Shown here piece after piece: positions 30,354 to 40,947 of a stretch of DNA of 64,000 nt (within the stretch, counting starts at the first letter, position 1; the number at the start of each line of letters is the position of its first letter). The stretch is taken from contig CBDFMQ010000002.1 of the NCBI GenBank assembly GCA_965249725.1, positions 768,001 through 832,000 on the forward strand. Reading direction: 5' to 3'. The notes below the pieces were generated by a model. That model made no database searches. It was not told the DNA's origin and saw only the letters and a list, made by a program, of their open reading frames with translations. The stretch is from Longimicrobiales bacterium. GTDB taxonomy: Bacteria; Gemmatimonadota; Gemmatimonadetes; Longimicrobiales; Gaopeijiaceae. The position numbers and the translations under genes are program-made.

Positions 30354-31957
30354 CCGGAGTTTCTGACTCGAGCGTACGCGGGCCGGAACGGTCGGCACTT
30401 ACCGGTACTCTCAAGCGTATTGACCGGCGGGTCAGGCTCAACGGGGTGTTGGATCACCTCTCGATCGCCGTCTGCCTCGTTCTCGGCGTCTTGCTCCTGT
30501 TCCAGGTCGGCAAGATGCTGCTTCCGGTCGCTCCTCCTCCCGGGTTCTGGATCGTCGGCGCTTCGACCGTGTTGTTCACGGTTTTTCTCGCTTGGACGGA
30601 GCGAGGCGGGAGCCGGCTTGCCCGTGCCGCCGTAGTCGCCGACACGCAGGGCGATCTTCACGATGAGCTCAAGACCGCTTACTGGTTCATGGATCGGAGC
30701 GGTGACTCTCCGTGGATCGACCTTCAATTGACCCGGGCGGCTGCTACGGCGAGGCGACTCGACGTGCGGAAACTCGTGCCGACCAGCGTTCCCCGCCGTT
30801 TCATGACAGCGCTCGGCCTTTTCGTCGCACTCCAGGTGCTCGCCCTGATCCCGCTCGAAGGGCCGCTGCTCACCTTCGCCACGGCGGCTGACTCGGCGGC
30901 CCTCGCCGAGGCCCGGGCGCAGCAGCTCGAGGACATCCGAGACTTGGTGGAGGACGCTGCCGCGCTGGAGGGCGAAGAGGATTCGGAGGTGCTGGCCCAG
31001 CTAGAGGAGACCCTTCGCGAGATCGAGGCCGATCAGTTGAGCATGGAAGAGCTCCTGCGTGATCTACGCGAGGCGCAGAACATGCTCGAAGAGGGAAATC
31101 TGGAGATGAGCGCTCTTGAAGAGGCTCTGTCCGACCTCGCGAGTGAGTTCCAGGACTCGGAGGAGTTGGGTGACCTGGCGGAGGCCATTCAGGACGACGA
31201 TTTGGATTTGGCGTCTGAACTCATGCGTGAGCTGTCGGAGAACCTCTCGAATCTGACAGAGGACGAAACGGCGGAGCTCATGGCCCAACTCCGGGAGGCG
31301 GCGATGTCCGACCTGCCGGGGCTGGAGGAGCTTCTCGAGTCTCTGCAGGAAGCGGCGGACGCACTCGAAAACCAGGAAATGGGAGACGCCCAGGAGGCAT
31401 TGGAAGAGGCGGCCGACCGCATGGAGGAGATGGCAGACCGCCAGGAGGCACAGGAGGGTAGAAACGAAGCCTCGGAGCAAATGCAGGCGATGGGGGAGTC
31501 GGCCACCGAACAGCAGTCGGGCATGGAGCAGCTGTTCGGTATGCAGCAGGGCGAGGGGGGCGAGGACGCAGCAGAGGCCGGGATGGCCATGCCCTCCGAT
31601 GAGGTAAAGCAATCGGCAGGGAGCAGCGAGGCCCAAGACCCGAGTGGTCCACCGGGCCACGCCACGAGCGAGGCGATGGGAGGTGAACAGGAATTCGGCG
31701 CCGCGACGACCCTAGAAGTCCAGCTCTCCATGGAGCTGCTGGACGAGCCCGAGCCCGGTCCCGAGTCAGAGCCCGATCCGGATGATGTCTTCAAGGAAGC
31801 GAGCCGGCAGGAAAGCTCGACACTGCAGTACCGCGACGTGCGCGGCCCCTCGAGCTACGCGGAGGGATCGGCGCTGGCCGTCGATCGGGTCCCGTGGCGC
31901 TATCGGAGCCTCGTGAAAAAATACTTCTTGGCCATACGGCCCCGTGGGAACAAATGA
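30350..31957 (+). CDS. Membrane-anchored acidic coiled-coil protein (MoxR-associated)
   Basis: Three TM segments, long E/Q/A/L-rich helical region, C-terminal VPWRYRSLVKKYF. Confidence 0.8.
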   Translation: MTGVSDSSVRGPERSALTGTLKRIDRRVRLNGVLDHLSIAVCLVLGVLLLFQVGKMLLPVAPPPGFWIVGASTVLFTVFLAWTERGGSRLARAAVVADTQGDLHDELKTAYWFMDRSGDSPWIDLQLTRAAATARRLDVRKLVPTSVPRRFMTALGLFVALQVLALIPLEGPLLTFATAADSAALAEARAQQLEDIRDLVEDAAALEGEEDSEVLAQLEETLREIEADQLSMEELLRDLREAQNMLEEGNLEMSALEEALSDLASEFQDSEELGDLAEAIQDDDLDLASELMRELSENLSNLTEDETAELMAQLREAAMSDLPGLEELLESLQEAADALENQEMGDAQEALEEAADRMEEMADRQEAQEGRNEASEQMQAMGESATEQQSGMEQLFGMQQGEGGEDAAEAGMAMPSDEVKQSAGSSEAQDPSGPPGHATSEAMGGEQEFGAATTLEVQLSMELLDEPEPGPESEPDPDDVFKEASRQESSTLQYRDVRGPSSYAEGSALAVDRVPWRYRSLVKKYFLAIRPRGNK

Positions 31958-32949
31958 CGACCGAAATCGCCAGTCAGATCGAGCAGTTCACCGAGCAGTT
32001 CAAGCAGGTCAAGGCGGAGATCCATAAGGTCATCGTCGGCAACGACGAGATCATCGATGGAACCCTCATCAGCCTCTTGGCCAAGGGCCACGTGTTGCTC
32101 GAGGGTATCCCCGGGATCGGAAAGACGAAGATTGTCGCCACGGTGGCGGACGTTCTCCACCTCGTGTTTTCGCGAATCCAGTTCACGCCGGACCTTATGC
32201 CCGGAGACATCGTGGGCAGTGACGTGGTCCACGAGAGCGACACGGGTGAGAAGCACCTCGCGTTCCAGAAGGGACCCATTTTCACCAACATCCTCTTGGC
32301 CGACGAGATCAACCGGGCTACGCCCAAGACTCAGTCGGCGCTTCTCGAGGCCATGCAGGAGCGCAGCGTCACGGTCGGTACCACGACCCACAAGCTAGAG
32401 CCTCCTTTCTTCGTGCTAGCGACGCAGAATCCTCTGGAAATGGAAGGAACGTATCCGCTGCCGGAAGCCCAGCTCGACCGGTTCTTCTACAAGCTCCGAA
32501 TCATGTATCCGCCGCCGAACGACATGCACGAGATCATGGACCGCACGACCCGCCGCGAGGAGCCGACGGCGGCCACGGTCCTGGACCAGAATCAGATTCT
32601 CGTCATGCGTGACACCGCCCGGTCCGTCCCCATCGCCAGGCCGGTGCAGGACTACGCGATCCGGTTGACGCTGGCCACCCACCCGGACACCCCACACGCC
32701 CATCCGATGACACAGAAGTACGTGCGCTTCGGGGCCAGCCCTCGTGGGACGCAGACCCTGGTCATCGGTGGCAAGGTCAATGCCCTGTTGAATGGTCGGG
32801 TGCACGTGTCCTGTGAGGACGTACGCGCCATGCTGCTACCGGCGATGCGCCATCGCGTGTTGTTGAACTTCGAGGGGGAGGCCGAGCGCATCGACACGGA
32901 CGCGATCCTCAGTGCGATCATGAAGGACGTTCCCGAGTCCACGGAGTAG
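31954..32949 (+). CDS. moxR: MoxR-family AAA+ ATPase
   Basis: EGIPGIGKT, RIQFTPDLMPGD, LADEINRATPKTQSALLEAM, LPEAQLDRF. Confidence 0.95.
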   Translation: MTTEIASQIEQFTEQFKQVKAEIHKVIVGNDEIIDGTLISLLAKGHVLLEGIPGIGKTKIVATVADVLHLVFSRIQFTPDLMPGDIVGSDVVHESDTGEKHLAFQKGPIFTNILLADEINRATPKTQSALLEAMQERSVTVGTTTHKLEPPFFVLATQNPLEMEGTYPLPEAQLDRFFYKLRIMYPPPNDMHEIMDRTTRREEPTAATVLDQNQILVMRDTARSVPIARPVQDYAIRLTLATHPDTPHAHPMTQKYVRFGASPRGTQTLVIGGKVNALLNGRVHVSCEDVRAMLLPAMRHRVLLNFEGEAERIDTDAILSAIMKDVPESTE

Positions 32950-32961
32950 CAGGGGCGCGAA

Positions 32962-33852
32962 GTGGCTGAGAACGGGACCCTCTTCGACGAAGAGTTTCTG
33001 AAGAAGCTCGAGTACCTCAACATCGTCTCGAATCACATGATTCCGGGCCATCTACATGGTGAGCACCGGGCCAAGAAGAAGACCGATTCGGGGATCGAGT
33101 TCGCCGACTACCGGCAGTACGTCTCGGGTGAAGACACCAAGAACGTCGATTGGCGCACGTATCTCCGGCTGGACAAGCTCATCCTGCGGCTCTTCGAAGA
33201 GGAAGCCGATCTTCCCATCTACATCTTCTTCGACGCGAGCCGGTCGATGGACCACGGCGAGCCTCTCAAATACGACTACGCCCGCAAGATCGCCGCGGCC
33301 CTGTGCTACATCGGATTGCTCAACCACGATCGCGTGAATCTGGTGGGGTACGCAGATGGCATCGCTCAGGAGATGTCGTCGCGGCGCGGAAAGAACCAGG
33401 TCTGGCACGCTTTCCGTTTTCTGGAGTCGGTCGAACCCCAGGGCTCGACGTCGATCGAGAAGGCGTTCAAGAGTTTCTTTTCGCACCGCCGGCGTCGGGG
33501 GTTGGTGGTGGTGGTCTCCGATTTCCTGGATGAGACTGGGTTCGAGAAGGCGTTCGATCTGCTTCGCTACTTCCGCCAAGATCTCTTCGCGGTGCACGTC
33601 TACAGCTCGGATGAGTTGAGGCCCGAGCTTCCGGACGAGGTGCTGCTCGAGGACTCCGAGCTGGGCACGACCGAGCGGGTGAAGGTTACGCCCGGGCTCC
33701 TGGACGCATACGCCGAGAAGTTCGAAGAACACTGCGAAGAGGTGAATTCCTATTGCCGCAAGAACGGCTGGGGATACGTGCGGACCAGCACAGAAGTGCC
33801 GTTCGAAGATTTGGTCTTGCAGGTCTTCAGGCAGGGTAGGTTCCTCGGGTGA
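32962..33852 (+). CDS. DUF58 domain protein
   Basis: GIEFADYRQY..GED..VDW, DASRSM, VVSDF. Confidence 0.92.
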   Translation: MAENGTLFDEEFLKKLEYLNIVSNHMIPGHLHGEHRAKKKTDSGIEFADYRQYVSGEDTKNVDWRTYLRLDKLILRLFEEEADLPIYIFFDASRSMDHGEPLKYDYARKIAAALCYIGLLNHDRVNLVGYADGIAQEMSSRRGKNQVWHAFRFLESVEPQGSTSIEKAFKSFFSHRRRRGLVVVVSDFLDETGFEKAFDLLRYFRQDLFAVHVYSSDELRPELPDEVLLEDSELGTTERVKVTPGLLDAYAEKFEEHCEEVNSYCRKNGWGYVRTSTEVPFEDLVLQVFRQGRFLG

Positions 33853-35714
33853 CCTTCCTCTCCATGAGCCCCTCGTTGATCGGGCTCATTCTCGGCGGAA
33901 CCGTGGTGGCCGTGGCCGTGCTGTATTGGTTGAAGCCGCCTCCACGCCGGATGGTGGTCCCCTCCAAACTCCTTTGGGGCCGCCTGCTCAAGGAGAAGCG
34001 TCGCAGCACACTCCTCGATCGACTCAGGTGGTGGATCTCGCTCATTATCGCGCTGTCCATCGGCCTGTCGGTGGCGGCGGCCATGGGACGTCCGGAGCTC
34101 TCGTCGGGCGGGGACATTCCCCTCATGACGATCGTGATCGACAACTCTGCCACCATGGCGGCTCGGACATCCGACGGATTCACGAGATGGGAGCATGCGG
34201 TGGCGCTGGCCCGGGGACTCCTGGAGCAGGGGAGCGTCGATGGCGAGTTCTTGATCCTCGACACGTCCGGGCGGGCGCCCTCGAGAGAAGCGGGCGATCG
34301 GCGTTCAGCGTTGGACGTACTGGATGACCTCGACGTTTCTTTGGGCGGTTCGTCCCAGTTCCCCGGCCCGATCGCAACCGACGGCCCTCTGTACTTCGTC
34401 TCGGACGGTGTTTCGGTCGACCCGCCGGCTGCCGCCGAAGTGATTTCGGTCTACGACCCGGCCGACAACGTAGGCATCACGGCGTTCGAGGTGGGATCCG
34501 TACCCTCGGCACCCCTCGAGTACCAAGCGTTCCTGGAGATCACCAACGCGTCGCTCGGACCCAAAGAGGTCTCCATTCGCCTCAGTGGGGCGGGAGAGGG
34601 CGGGCTGCGTGAGACGGTAACGCTCGGACCGGGCGAGACCCGGGGGCGCACGGTCGACCTCTCGGACTTCGACCGGGGCCCCGTCCGTGCGGCGGTGACC
34701 ACCGACGGCGACGCGTTTGCCGCCGATGACGTCGCGTTCGCGTTCTTGCCCGTCCGGAGACGTACCCGAATCGCTCTGGTCAGCCCAGGGAGCGTGTACC
34801 TACAGAGCGCGCTGGCGGAGGAGCCGCGCCTCACGGTCACGGCGCTGAGTCCTCAGGACTACGATGCCGACGTACGAGCCGATCTCTACATCTTCGATCG
34901 ATGGGCGCCGGAGGAGGCGCCTCCGGGACCCTCGCTCCTGTTCCTGCCTCCGAACGTGGCGTGGCTCGCCCCCACGGTGGCCGTACTCACCTCGCCCGCT
35001 GTTTTGGGCTGGGACCCGACTCATCCGCTCATGCGCTTCGTATCCCTCGAGGACCTGCGCGTGGATCGTGCGGTCCGTTTCGGGGTCACGCCCGGGCAGG
35101 CCGATACGGGCGAGGCCGGCGCAGGAGGGGACGGTTCAGGGGACGGTTCAGGAGACGGTTCAGGCGACGGTGCTGGGGACGTGGTCATCGGAACGGCCGA
35201 GCTCCCCTTGCTGATAGCAACCGAGGCTCCCCAGAAGGTGATTCGAGCCGCGTTCGCCCTGGAGGATTCGAACTTCCCGCTCCAGCCGGCGTTTCCGATC
35301 TTCTTGAGCAACGTGCTGAGCTGGACGATGGACGAGCAGAGCGCCGTGCCGAGGGATCCCGGCCGTGTCGAAGTGACGCTGGCCAACGCCGAAGTTACCG
35401 ACCTCGAGGGTGGCGAGGTGGTGACATCCCAGGTATCCGGCCGCACCGTATTCGTGGCCGACGAACCCGGCCTGTTCACCGTCACCGCGGGTCCTAGACG
35501 TACGCGGGTGGCCGTCGGCATCACGGATCGGGATCGAACGGCGATCAATGCCTCGGTCTTCGGGCCCGGCGACCGCGCGACTGCACCTCCGGCGGCCCTC
35601 CGGCTGGCCGGCGAGCCGGCCGGCGGGAACGAGTTGTGGTTCGTGCTGCTGACGGTGGCCACGGTGCTCGTCATGATCGAGTGGTTCACCTACCAGCGGC
35701 GGTGGACGGCATGA
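33849..35714 (+). CDS. BatA-like N-terminus plus VWA domain membrane protein
   Basis: LYWLK..R.VVPS.LLW, IDNSATM MIDAS-like motif, SDG, C-terminal TM. Confidence 0.85.
   Translation: MTFLSMSPSLIGLILGGTVVAVAVLYWLKPPPRRMVVPSKLLWGRLLKEKRRSTLLDRLRWWISLIIALSIGLSVAAAMGRPELSSGGDIPLMTIVIDNSATMAARTSDGFTRWEHAVALARGLLEQGSVDGEFLILDTSGRAPSREAGDRRSALDVLDDLDVSLGGSSQFPGPIATDGPLYFVSDGVSVDPPAAAEVISVYDPADNVGITAFEVGSVPSAPLEYQAFLEITNASLGPKEVSIRLSGAGEGGLRETVTLGPGETRGRTVDLSDFDRGPVRAAVTTDGDAFAADDVAFAFLPVRRRTRIALVSPGSVYLQSALAEEPRLTVTALSPQDYDADVRADLYIFDRWAPEEAPPGPSLLFLPPNVAWLAPTVAVLTSPAVLGWDPTHPLMRFVSLEDLRVDRAVRFGVTPGQADTGEAGAGGDGSGDGSGDGSGDGAGDVVIGTAELPLLIATEAPQKVIRAAFALEDSNFPLQPAFPIFLSNVLSWTMDEQSAVPRDPGRVEVTLANAEVTDLEGGEVVTSQVSGRTVFVADEPGLFTVTAGPRRTRVAVGITDRDRTAINASVFGPGDRATAPPAALRLAGEPAGGNELWFVLLTVATVLVMIEWFTYQRRWTA
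35127..35180 (+). repeat. In-frame 12 bp repeat encoding (GDGS)3-GDGA-GD
   Basis: GGNGACGGTTCA x3 plus a degenerate fourth copy. Confidence 0.8.
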
Positions 35715-38284
35715 CGATCACGTACGGTCATTTCTGGCCCCTCCTGATCCTCTTGGTGATTCCGCTCTTCTGGGGCGTGCTGCGGCATACCACGATCGGC
35801 CTGTCACCGAGACATCTGCGGGCCACGGTGATCGTGCGAACCACGGTGCTCGTGCTGCTCACGCTGGCCCTCATGCGGCCCGTATGGCACCGCGCGGGCA
35901 AGTGGATCTCCGTTGTATACGCGTTGGATGTGTCCAGCAGCATCGAACCCGGTTTCCTCGACACGGCAATCGATTGGATCGCCTCGTCCAATACGTCCGG
36001 TGCGCCGGACCACGCCGGGTTCATCGCCTTTGGAGGATCCGCCCAAAACGTTGGCAGTGTGGAGGGGATTCGTGGCGTGGGGGTCTCCAACGATGGGTCC
36101 AACGGGTCCATCAATCAGAGCGCCACCGATCTCGAGACGGCGGTGGCTCAGGCTCTGCGGAGCTTCGATCCCCGATACCTCAAGCGACTCGTCCTGATTA
36201 CCGATGGAAACGAGAATGCGGGTGAGCTGAGCAGGATCGTGGGGCGGGTACAGGAGTCGGGCGTACGGATTTTCACCATGCCAGCCAACGTGAGAGGCGA
36301 GGGAGACAGCTTCGTCGAGTCGATTGGGCTCCCCCAGGACATGCGCCAGGAGGAGCCGGTAGCCACGACAGTGCAGGTGTTCAGCCGGGTGGCGACCGCC
36401 GCAACGGTCGAGGTGCTCGGCAACGGGACCAGGCTCGATTCACGACAAGTCGATCTGGTGCCCGGCCTCAATACGGTTCCCTTCGAGGTACGACTCCCGT
36501 CCGAGGGGGGCGTCACAATCTCCGGCCGTCTCGTGACCGACAATGACCCCGTTCCACAGAATGACCTTCTGGCGCAGTCTGTGTGGGTCGGATCGCGCCC
36601 CAGGGTCCTCTACGTGGAGGGCCGCGCGGCCAGCGCCCATTACCTCCGAGACGCCCTCGTCGCAGAAGGCATGGACGTGGTGCTGGGACAAGCCGGGTCC
36701 ATCCCCGCCACCGTCCGAGGGCTGGAAGCATACGATCTGATCTTCCTGAGCGACGTACCCAGTACGGACCTCGCGCCGGCACAGATGGATGCCGTCCTGG
36801 CCTACGTCAGGGACTCGAGTGGCGGCTTCATCTTCGCGGGAGGGGAATCCACCTTTGGTGAGGACGGCTATTCGGAGACCCCGATCGAAGAGGCGCTTCC
36901 GATCTGGTTCGAGATCAACGAGCAGCGGAAGGACCTGGCCCTCGTCATCGTGATGGACAAGTCGTACAGCATGGTGGGGCCCAAGCTCGAGCTGTCGAAG
37001 GAGGCCACCAAAGCCGCCCTCGAACTGCTCGAGCCGACTCACCAGTTCGGCCTGATCACCTTCGACGACACGCCCCACTCCACCGTGCCCCTGCAGCCGG
37101 CCACGGACAAGTCGGTGATGAACGACTTCATCAATCGCATCATCGCCAGCGCACAGACGAACATCTATCCGGCGCTGGAGATGGCCTACGAAGAACTCGC
37201 TGCGACCGAAGCTGAAGTGCGGCACATCATTCTGCTCTCGGACGGCAAGACCTACCCCGACGAGTACGAGGCGCTCGTAAGGCGCATGGCCGAAGAGGAC
37301 ATCAGCGTGTCTTCGGTGGCCGTCGGAGAGGAGGCCGACCGGGAACTCCTCGGGAACATCGCTGAGTGGGGTAACGGGCGCAGCTACTTCATCCGGGACG
37401 CGGCCAGGGTGCCTCAAGTGTTCATCCAGGAAACCCAGATCGCGTCGCAGCAGACCCTGATCGAAGAGTCGGTCCAGGCCACGATTGCGAGCCAGGTGGA
37501 GGCGTTCACGGGCGTCGACATGGCGTCCGCACCTCCGCTCAGGGGGTATGTGAACACGCAGGCGAAGGAGAACGCTGAAGTTCTCTTGGCGTCAGAGGCC
37601 TCGGCCCCGATTCTCGCTCGTTGGCACTATGGGCTGGGTAAGACGGCGGCGTTCACCTCCGACGTGAAGAACCGCTGGGCATCGGATTGGTTGACGTGGG
37701 ACGGTTACGGGAAGTTTTGGTCTCAGCTCGTTCGCGAGACGATGAGGAGGGATGAGGGAGAGGAAGTCGATTTCCTGGTCGAACGTGTGGGTGACGAGGC
37801 GGTGGTGACGGTGAGTGCGGTGACCGAGGAGGGGGTCTTTCAGGCCGACCTGGACCCGAGCGTGGTGGTAGACGCTCCCGGCGGAGAGAGGGTCGCGTTA
37901 GACCTCGAGCAGGTCGGGCCAGGCACCTATCAAGGTAGATATGCCCTCGAGACGTCCGTCGACTCTCCCTATGGATTCCGCCTCTCGGCAGAGGGCTTCG
38001 CGGACCAGGCTGTGTCCCTGTACTACCCCTACAGCGACGAGTATCGGCTCTTTCCGCCCAACACGGCACTGCTGAGCAGCATCAGCGAGAATACCGGCGG
38101 CAAGCTGCTCCCGGAAAACTCGGAGATCTTCGCAGACTACGGGGAATCCGCGTCCGTTCCCACGCCGTTGTGGCCAGTGCTGGCCGGGCTCGCCCTCATC
38201 GGGTTCCTGTTGGACATCGCGATGCGGCGCGCCCCGTTGTTCTGGCGGATGTTTGCGTCCGCACCAGGCGGGAGCGGGGCCTAG
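35711..38284 (+). CDS. Two-VWA-domain membrane protein with a glutamine-amidotransferase-like middle domain
   Basis: DVSSS and DKSYS MIDAS motifs, TDG/SDG, GGFIFAGG, WHYGLGK. Confidence 0.88.
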   Translation: MTITYGHFWPLLILLVIPLFWGVLRHTTIGLSPRHLRATVIVRTTVLVLLTLALMRPVWHRAGKWISVVYALDVSSSIEPGFLDTAIDWIASSNTSGAPDHAGFIAFGGSAQNVGSVEGIRGVGVSNDGSNGSINQSATDLETAVAQALRSFDPRYLKRLVLITDGNENAGELSRIVGRVQESGVRIFTMPANVRGEGDSFVESIGLPQDMRQEEPVATTVQVFSRVATAATVEVLGNGTRLDSRQVDLVPGLNTVPFEVRLPSEGGVTISGRLVTDNDPVPQNDLLAQSVWVGSRPRVLYVEGRAASAHYLRDALVAEGMDVVLGQAGSIPATVRGLEAYDLIFLSDVPSTDLAPAQMDAVLAYVRDSSGGFIFAGGESTFGEDGYSETPIEEALPIWFEINEQRKDLALVIVMDKSYSMVGPKLELSKEATKAALELLEPTHQFGLITFDDTPHSTVPLQPATDKSVMNDFINRIIASAQTNIYPALEMAYEELAATEAEVRHIILLSDGKTYPDEYEALVRRMAEEDISVSSVAVGEEADRELLGNIAEWGNGRSYFIRDAARVPQVFIQETQIASQQTLIEESVQATIASQVEAFTGVDMASAPPLRGYVNTQAKENAEVLLASEASAPILARWHYGLGKTAAFTSDVKNRWASDWLTWDGYGKFWSQLVRETMRRDEGEEVDFLVERVGDEAVVTVSAVTEEGVFQADLDPSVVVDAPGGERVALDLEQVGPGTYQGRYALETSVDSPYGFRLSAEGFADQAVSLYYPYSDEYRLFPPNTALLSSISENTGGKLLPENSEIFADYGESASVPTPLWPVLAGLALIGFLLDIAMRRAPLFWRMFASAPGGSGA

Positions 38285-38362
38285 AGACGGTTACCTCGGT
38301 TCCACGACGATCCCCCGATGAAGACGACGACTGACGATCACAACGACAACAGGGAGATTTCG

Positions 38363-39622
38363 ATGGCCCGCTTGTTCCTTTCTCTGCTCTTCGCCATCAC
38401 CGTCGGTGGGACGCTCGCACAACCGGTGCGCGCTCAAACGCCCCGCCCTCTCGACGATGCGCTGAACGACTTTAGCGTACAGAGCGCGCTGGCCCGGGTC
38501 GACGACAGCACGGATCGGACGGCTCGGTTTCTGGCGGAAATCGGAGGGATCATCTCTCCCTCGGGCCAAGAGCATGATCGGGCCGAGGCGGTCGCTCGCC
38601 GGATGCGTGAGATCGGCCTGAGCGACGTGCGGGTGGACGGAACGCCCAACGCGGTCGGGACCATACCGGGTCGGTCCGGACGGGCGTTGGTCTTCGTCTC
38701 CACGCTGGATGATCTCGCGACGGTAGCCGAGAACCAGAGGACGGCGGCGGCTCCTCCAAGGGTCGAGGGGGACCGGGTCGTGGGACCCGGGACGAACACG
38801 TCTCTCACCACGGCGGCGATGATGGCCGCGGCCGAAGCGCTGATACAGTCGGGCCTGACACCCGAGCACGATCTCGTGTTCGCCGCAGTCGCCCAGGAGG
38901 AGACCGGACTCATCGGCATGAAGGAGGTCTACTCCGAGTATCGTGATCGGGCCGTGGGCTTCGTCGACGTGCTGGGTGAGGGTGGGAGCATCAGCTACGG
39001 GGCCATCAACATCCACTGGTGGAGGGTCGTGGCCTCGGGCCCGGGGGGGCACTCGCTCGGCGGTGGGCTGCCCAACGTGAATCAGGGCATCGGGCGGGCC
39101 GTCGATCGGATCCTCCAGCTCGAGCAACCGGCCATGTATACCGACAGTCGGACCGTGGCCAATATCTCCATGCTGACCAGCGGAGCGGTCTACAACCACA
39201 AGCCCGAAACCGGGTGGTTCTCGCTCGACCTTCGCTCGATGGAGGCCGATCTCGTCGAGGAGATGGAAGCCGAGGTCAGGTCCATTCTCGAGCAGGTGAC
39301 TGCAGAGACGGAGATCACGTTCGAAATGGAGCCGTTCCAGTTGACTCCCGGCGGGCAGATTCCGGGCGCCCGGGAATCGGACCTGGTGACATCGGCGGAA
39401 GCCATCTCGCGCCATCTGGGGCTGGAGCCCAGGCTCTCGAGTATGGGTTCATCCAACATGAACGTGGCCATCGGCAACGGTACGTCGGCCATCGGGATCA
39501 GTGGGTCTCGCGGTGGGCAGCGCGGCTCCCCGGACGAATGGGCCAACATCCCCGCAATGATGCGCACGGCCAAGCACATCGTCCTGTTGTCATCGACCGT
39601 CGGCGGAGCCCGATCCAATTGA
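38363..39622 (+). CDS. Secreted M20/M25/M40 peptidase homologue with degenerate metal site
   Basis: SPSGQE, QEETG, GPGGHS, LDLRS retained; HxD replaced by TLD; no C-terminal His. Confidence 0.78.
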   Translation: MARLFLSLLFAITVGGTLAQPVRAQTPRPLDDALNDFSVQSALARVDDSTDRTARFLAEIGGIISPSGQEHDRAEAVARRMREIGLSDVRVDGTPNAVGTIPGRSGRALVFVSTLDDLATVAENQRTAAAPPRVEGDRVVGPGTNTSLTTAAMMAAAEALIQSGLTPEHDLVFAAVAQEETGLIGMKEVYSEYRDRAVGFVDVLGEGGSISYGAINIHWWRVVASGPGGHSLGGGLPNVNQGIGRAVDRILQLEQPAMYTDSRTVANISMLTSGAVYNHKPETGWFSLDLRSMEADLVEEMEAEVRSILEQVTAETEITFEMEPFQLTPGGQIPGARESDLVTSAEAISRHLGLEPRLSSMGSSNMNVAIGNGTSAIGISGSRGGQRGSPDEWANIPAMMRTAKHIVLLSSTVGGARSN

Positions 39623-39629
39623 AGCCAGG

Positions 39630-40940
39630 GTGGTTCTAGGCCTCGGCAGCAACCTGGGGCACCGGGAGATCAACCTGAAGAGGGCGATCAGCCGACTCAC
39701 GCGAGGGCCCCAGCCTGTGCTCCACAACGCCGAGCTCAGCAGGGTCTACGAGTCGCCCGCCCTCACCCCGGACGGGGCCCCGGATCAGTGGGACCTGCCC
39801 TATCTGAACTGCGCTGTGGCCGGCGAACCCTTGGTCGATCCCGAGACGTTGCTGGGAAGGATCAAGGAAGTCGAAGAGGCCTTGGGTCGCTCGCAGGGCG
39901 AGAGGTGGGCACCGAGGCTCATCGACATCGACGTGCTGTGGTGGCCAGGGAGGGAGATGCATACCGAGGCGCTCGAGATACCGCACCCGGAGATCCTCCA
40001 TCGCGCGTTCGTCTTGGAACCACTCGGGGACCTGGTGCCCGACGACATCTTGGAGGGACGCTCGTTTCGGGAGCACGCCGAGAGGCTCGCGGGGGACGCG
40101 GCTGCAGGTGCGTTCCATTCGCTCGAGGCGGACTACCGGATGCGTTACCCGGAGCTCATGGGAATCCTGAACGTCACTCCGGACAGCTTCAGTGACGGCG
40201 GGCAGCACGCACGGCCGGAAGCGGCACTGGAACATGCGCGGGCCCTCGTCTTGGCTGGTGCGGCGATCGTCGATCTCGGGGCCGAGTCGACACGACCGGC
40301 GGGCGAGAAGGTGGACCACGACGAAGAATGGGGTCGTATCGAGCCGGTGCTACACGGCCTCAATGCGTTGAAGCAGGAATACTCGTTCAGGGTGAGCCTG
40401 GACTCGAGGAATCCCAGAACGGTGAGGCGTGCGCTGGATCTCGGCATCGACATCATCAACGATGTAACCGGGTTTTCCGATCCGGCCATGATGGAGATCG
40501 CCCAGGGGACGGACCTCCCCCTCATCTTCATGCACAGTCTCTCGATACCCGTCGTGAAGGGAGAGTTCATTCCACGGGACGGGGACCCTGTGACCTTCCT
40601 GCGAGAGTGGGGGCGGGCAAAGCTCGCGGAGTTCGAGACGAACGGGATTGCCCATCAGCGGCTGATCTTCGACCCGGGCATCGGTTTCGGAAAGACGTCA
40701 CAGCAGAACTGGCAGGTCCTTGGTCGTGCCGAGGAGTTACACGACCTCGAGACGCCGTTCCTCATCGGTCACAGTCGCAAGTCGCTGTTCGAGACGGTGA
40801 CGGACAAGCCGAGTGAGGAGCGCGATCCCGAGACGCTCCCGGTGAGCGATCGGCTCGTCGAGAAGGGCGTGGACATCCTCCGGGTTCACGACGTGGGGCT
40901 GCACGAGGCTCACTTCCGGAACCGCTTCGCCGGCGCCTGA
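39630..40940 (+). CDS. folK-folP: Fused HPPK-dihydropteroate synthase
   Basis: LGLGSNLG, WAPRLIDID, IPHP followed in frame by MGILNVTPDSFSDGG, GAESTRP, DPGIGFGK, SRKS, RVHD. Confidence 0.93.
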   Translation: MVLGLGSNLGHREINLKRAISRLTRGPQPVLHNAELSRVYESPALTPDGAPDQWDLPYLNCAVAGEPLVDPETLLGRIKEVEEALGRSQGERWAPRLIDIDVLWWPGREMHTEALEIPHPEILHRAFVLEPLGDLVPDDILEGRSFREHAERLAGDAAAGAFHSLEADYRMRYPELMGILNVTPDSFSDGGQHARPEAALEHARALVLAGAAIVDLGAESTRPAGEKVDHDEEWGRIEPVLHGLNALKQEYSFRVSLDSRNPRTVRRALDLGIDIINDVTGFSDPAMMEIAQGTDLPLIFMHSLSIPVVKGEFIPRDGDPVTFLREWGRAKLAEFETNGIAHQRLIFDPGIGFGKTSQQNWQVLGRAEELHDLETPFLIGHSRKSLFETVTDKPSEERDPETLPVSDRLVEKGVDILRVHDVGLHEAHFRNRFAGA

Positions 40941-40947
40941 GGGTCCG

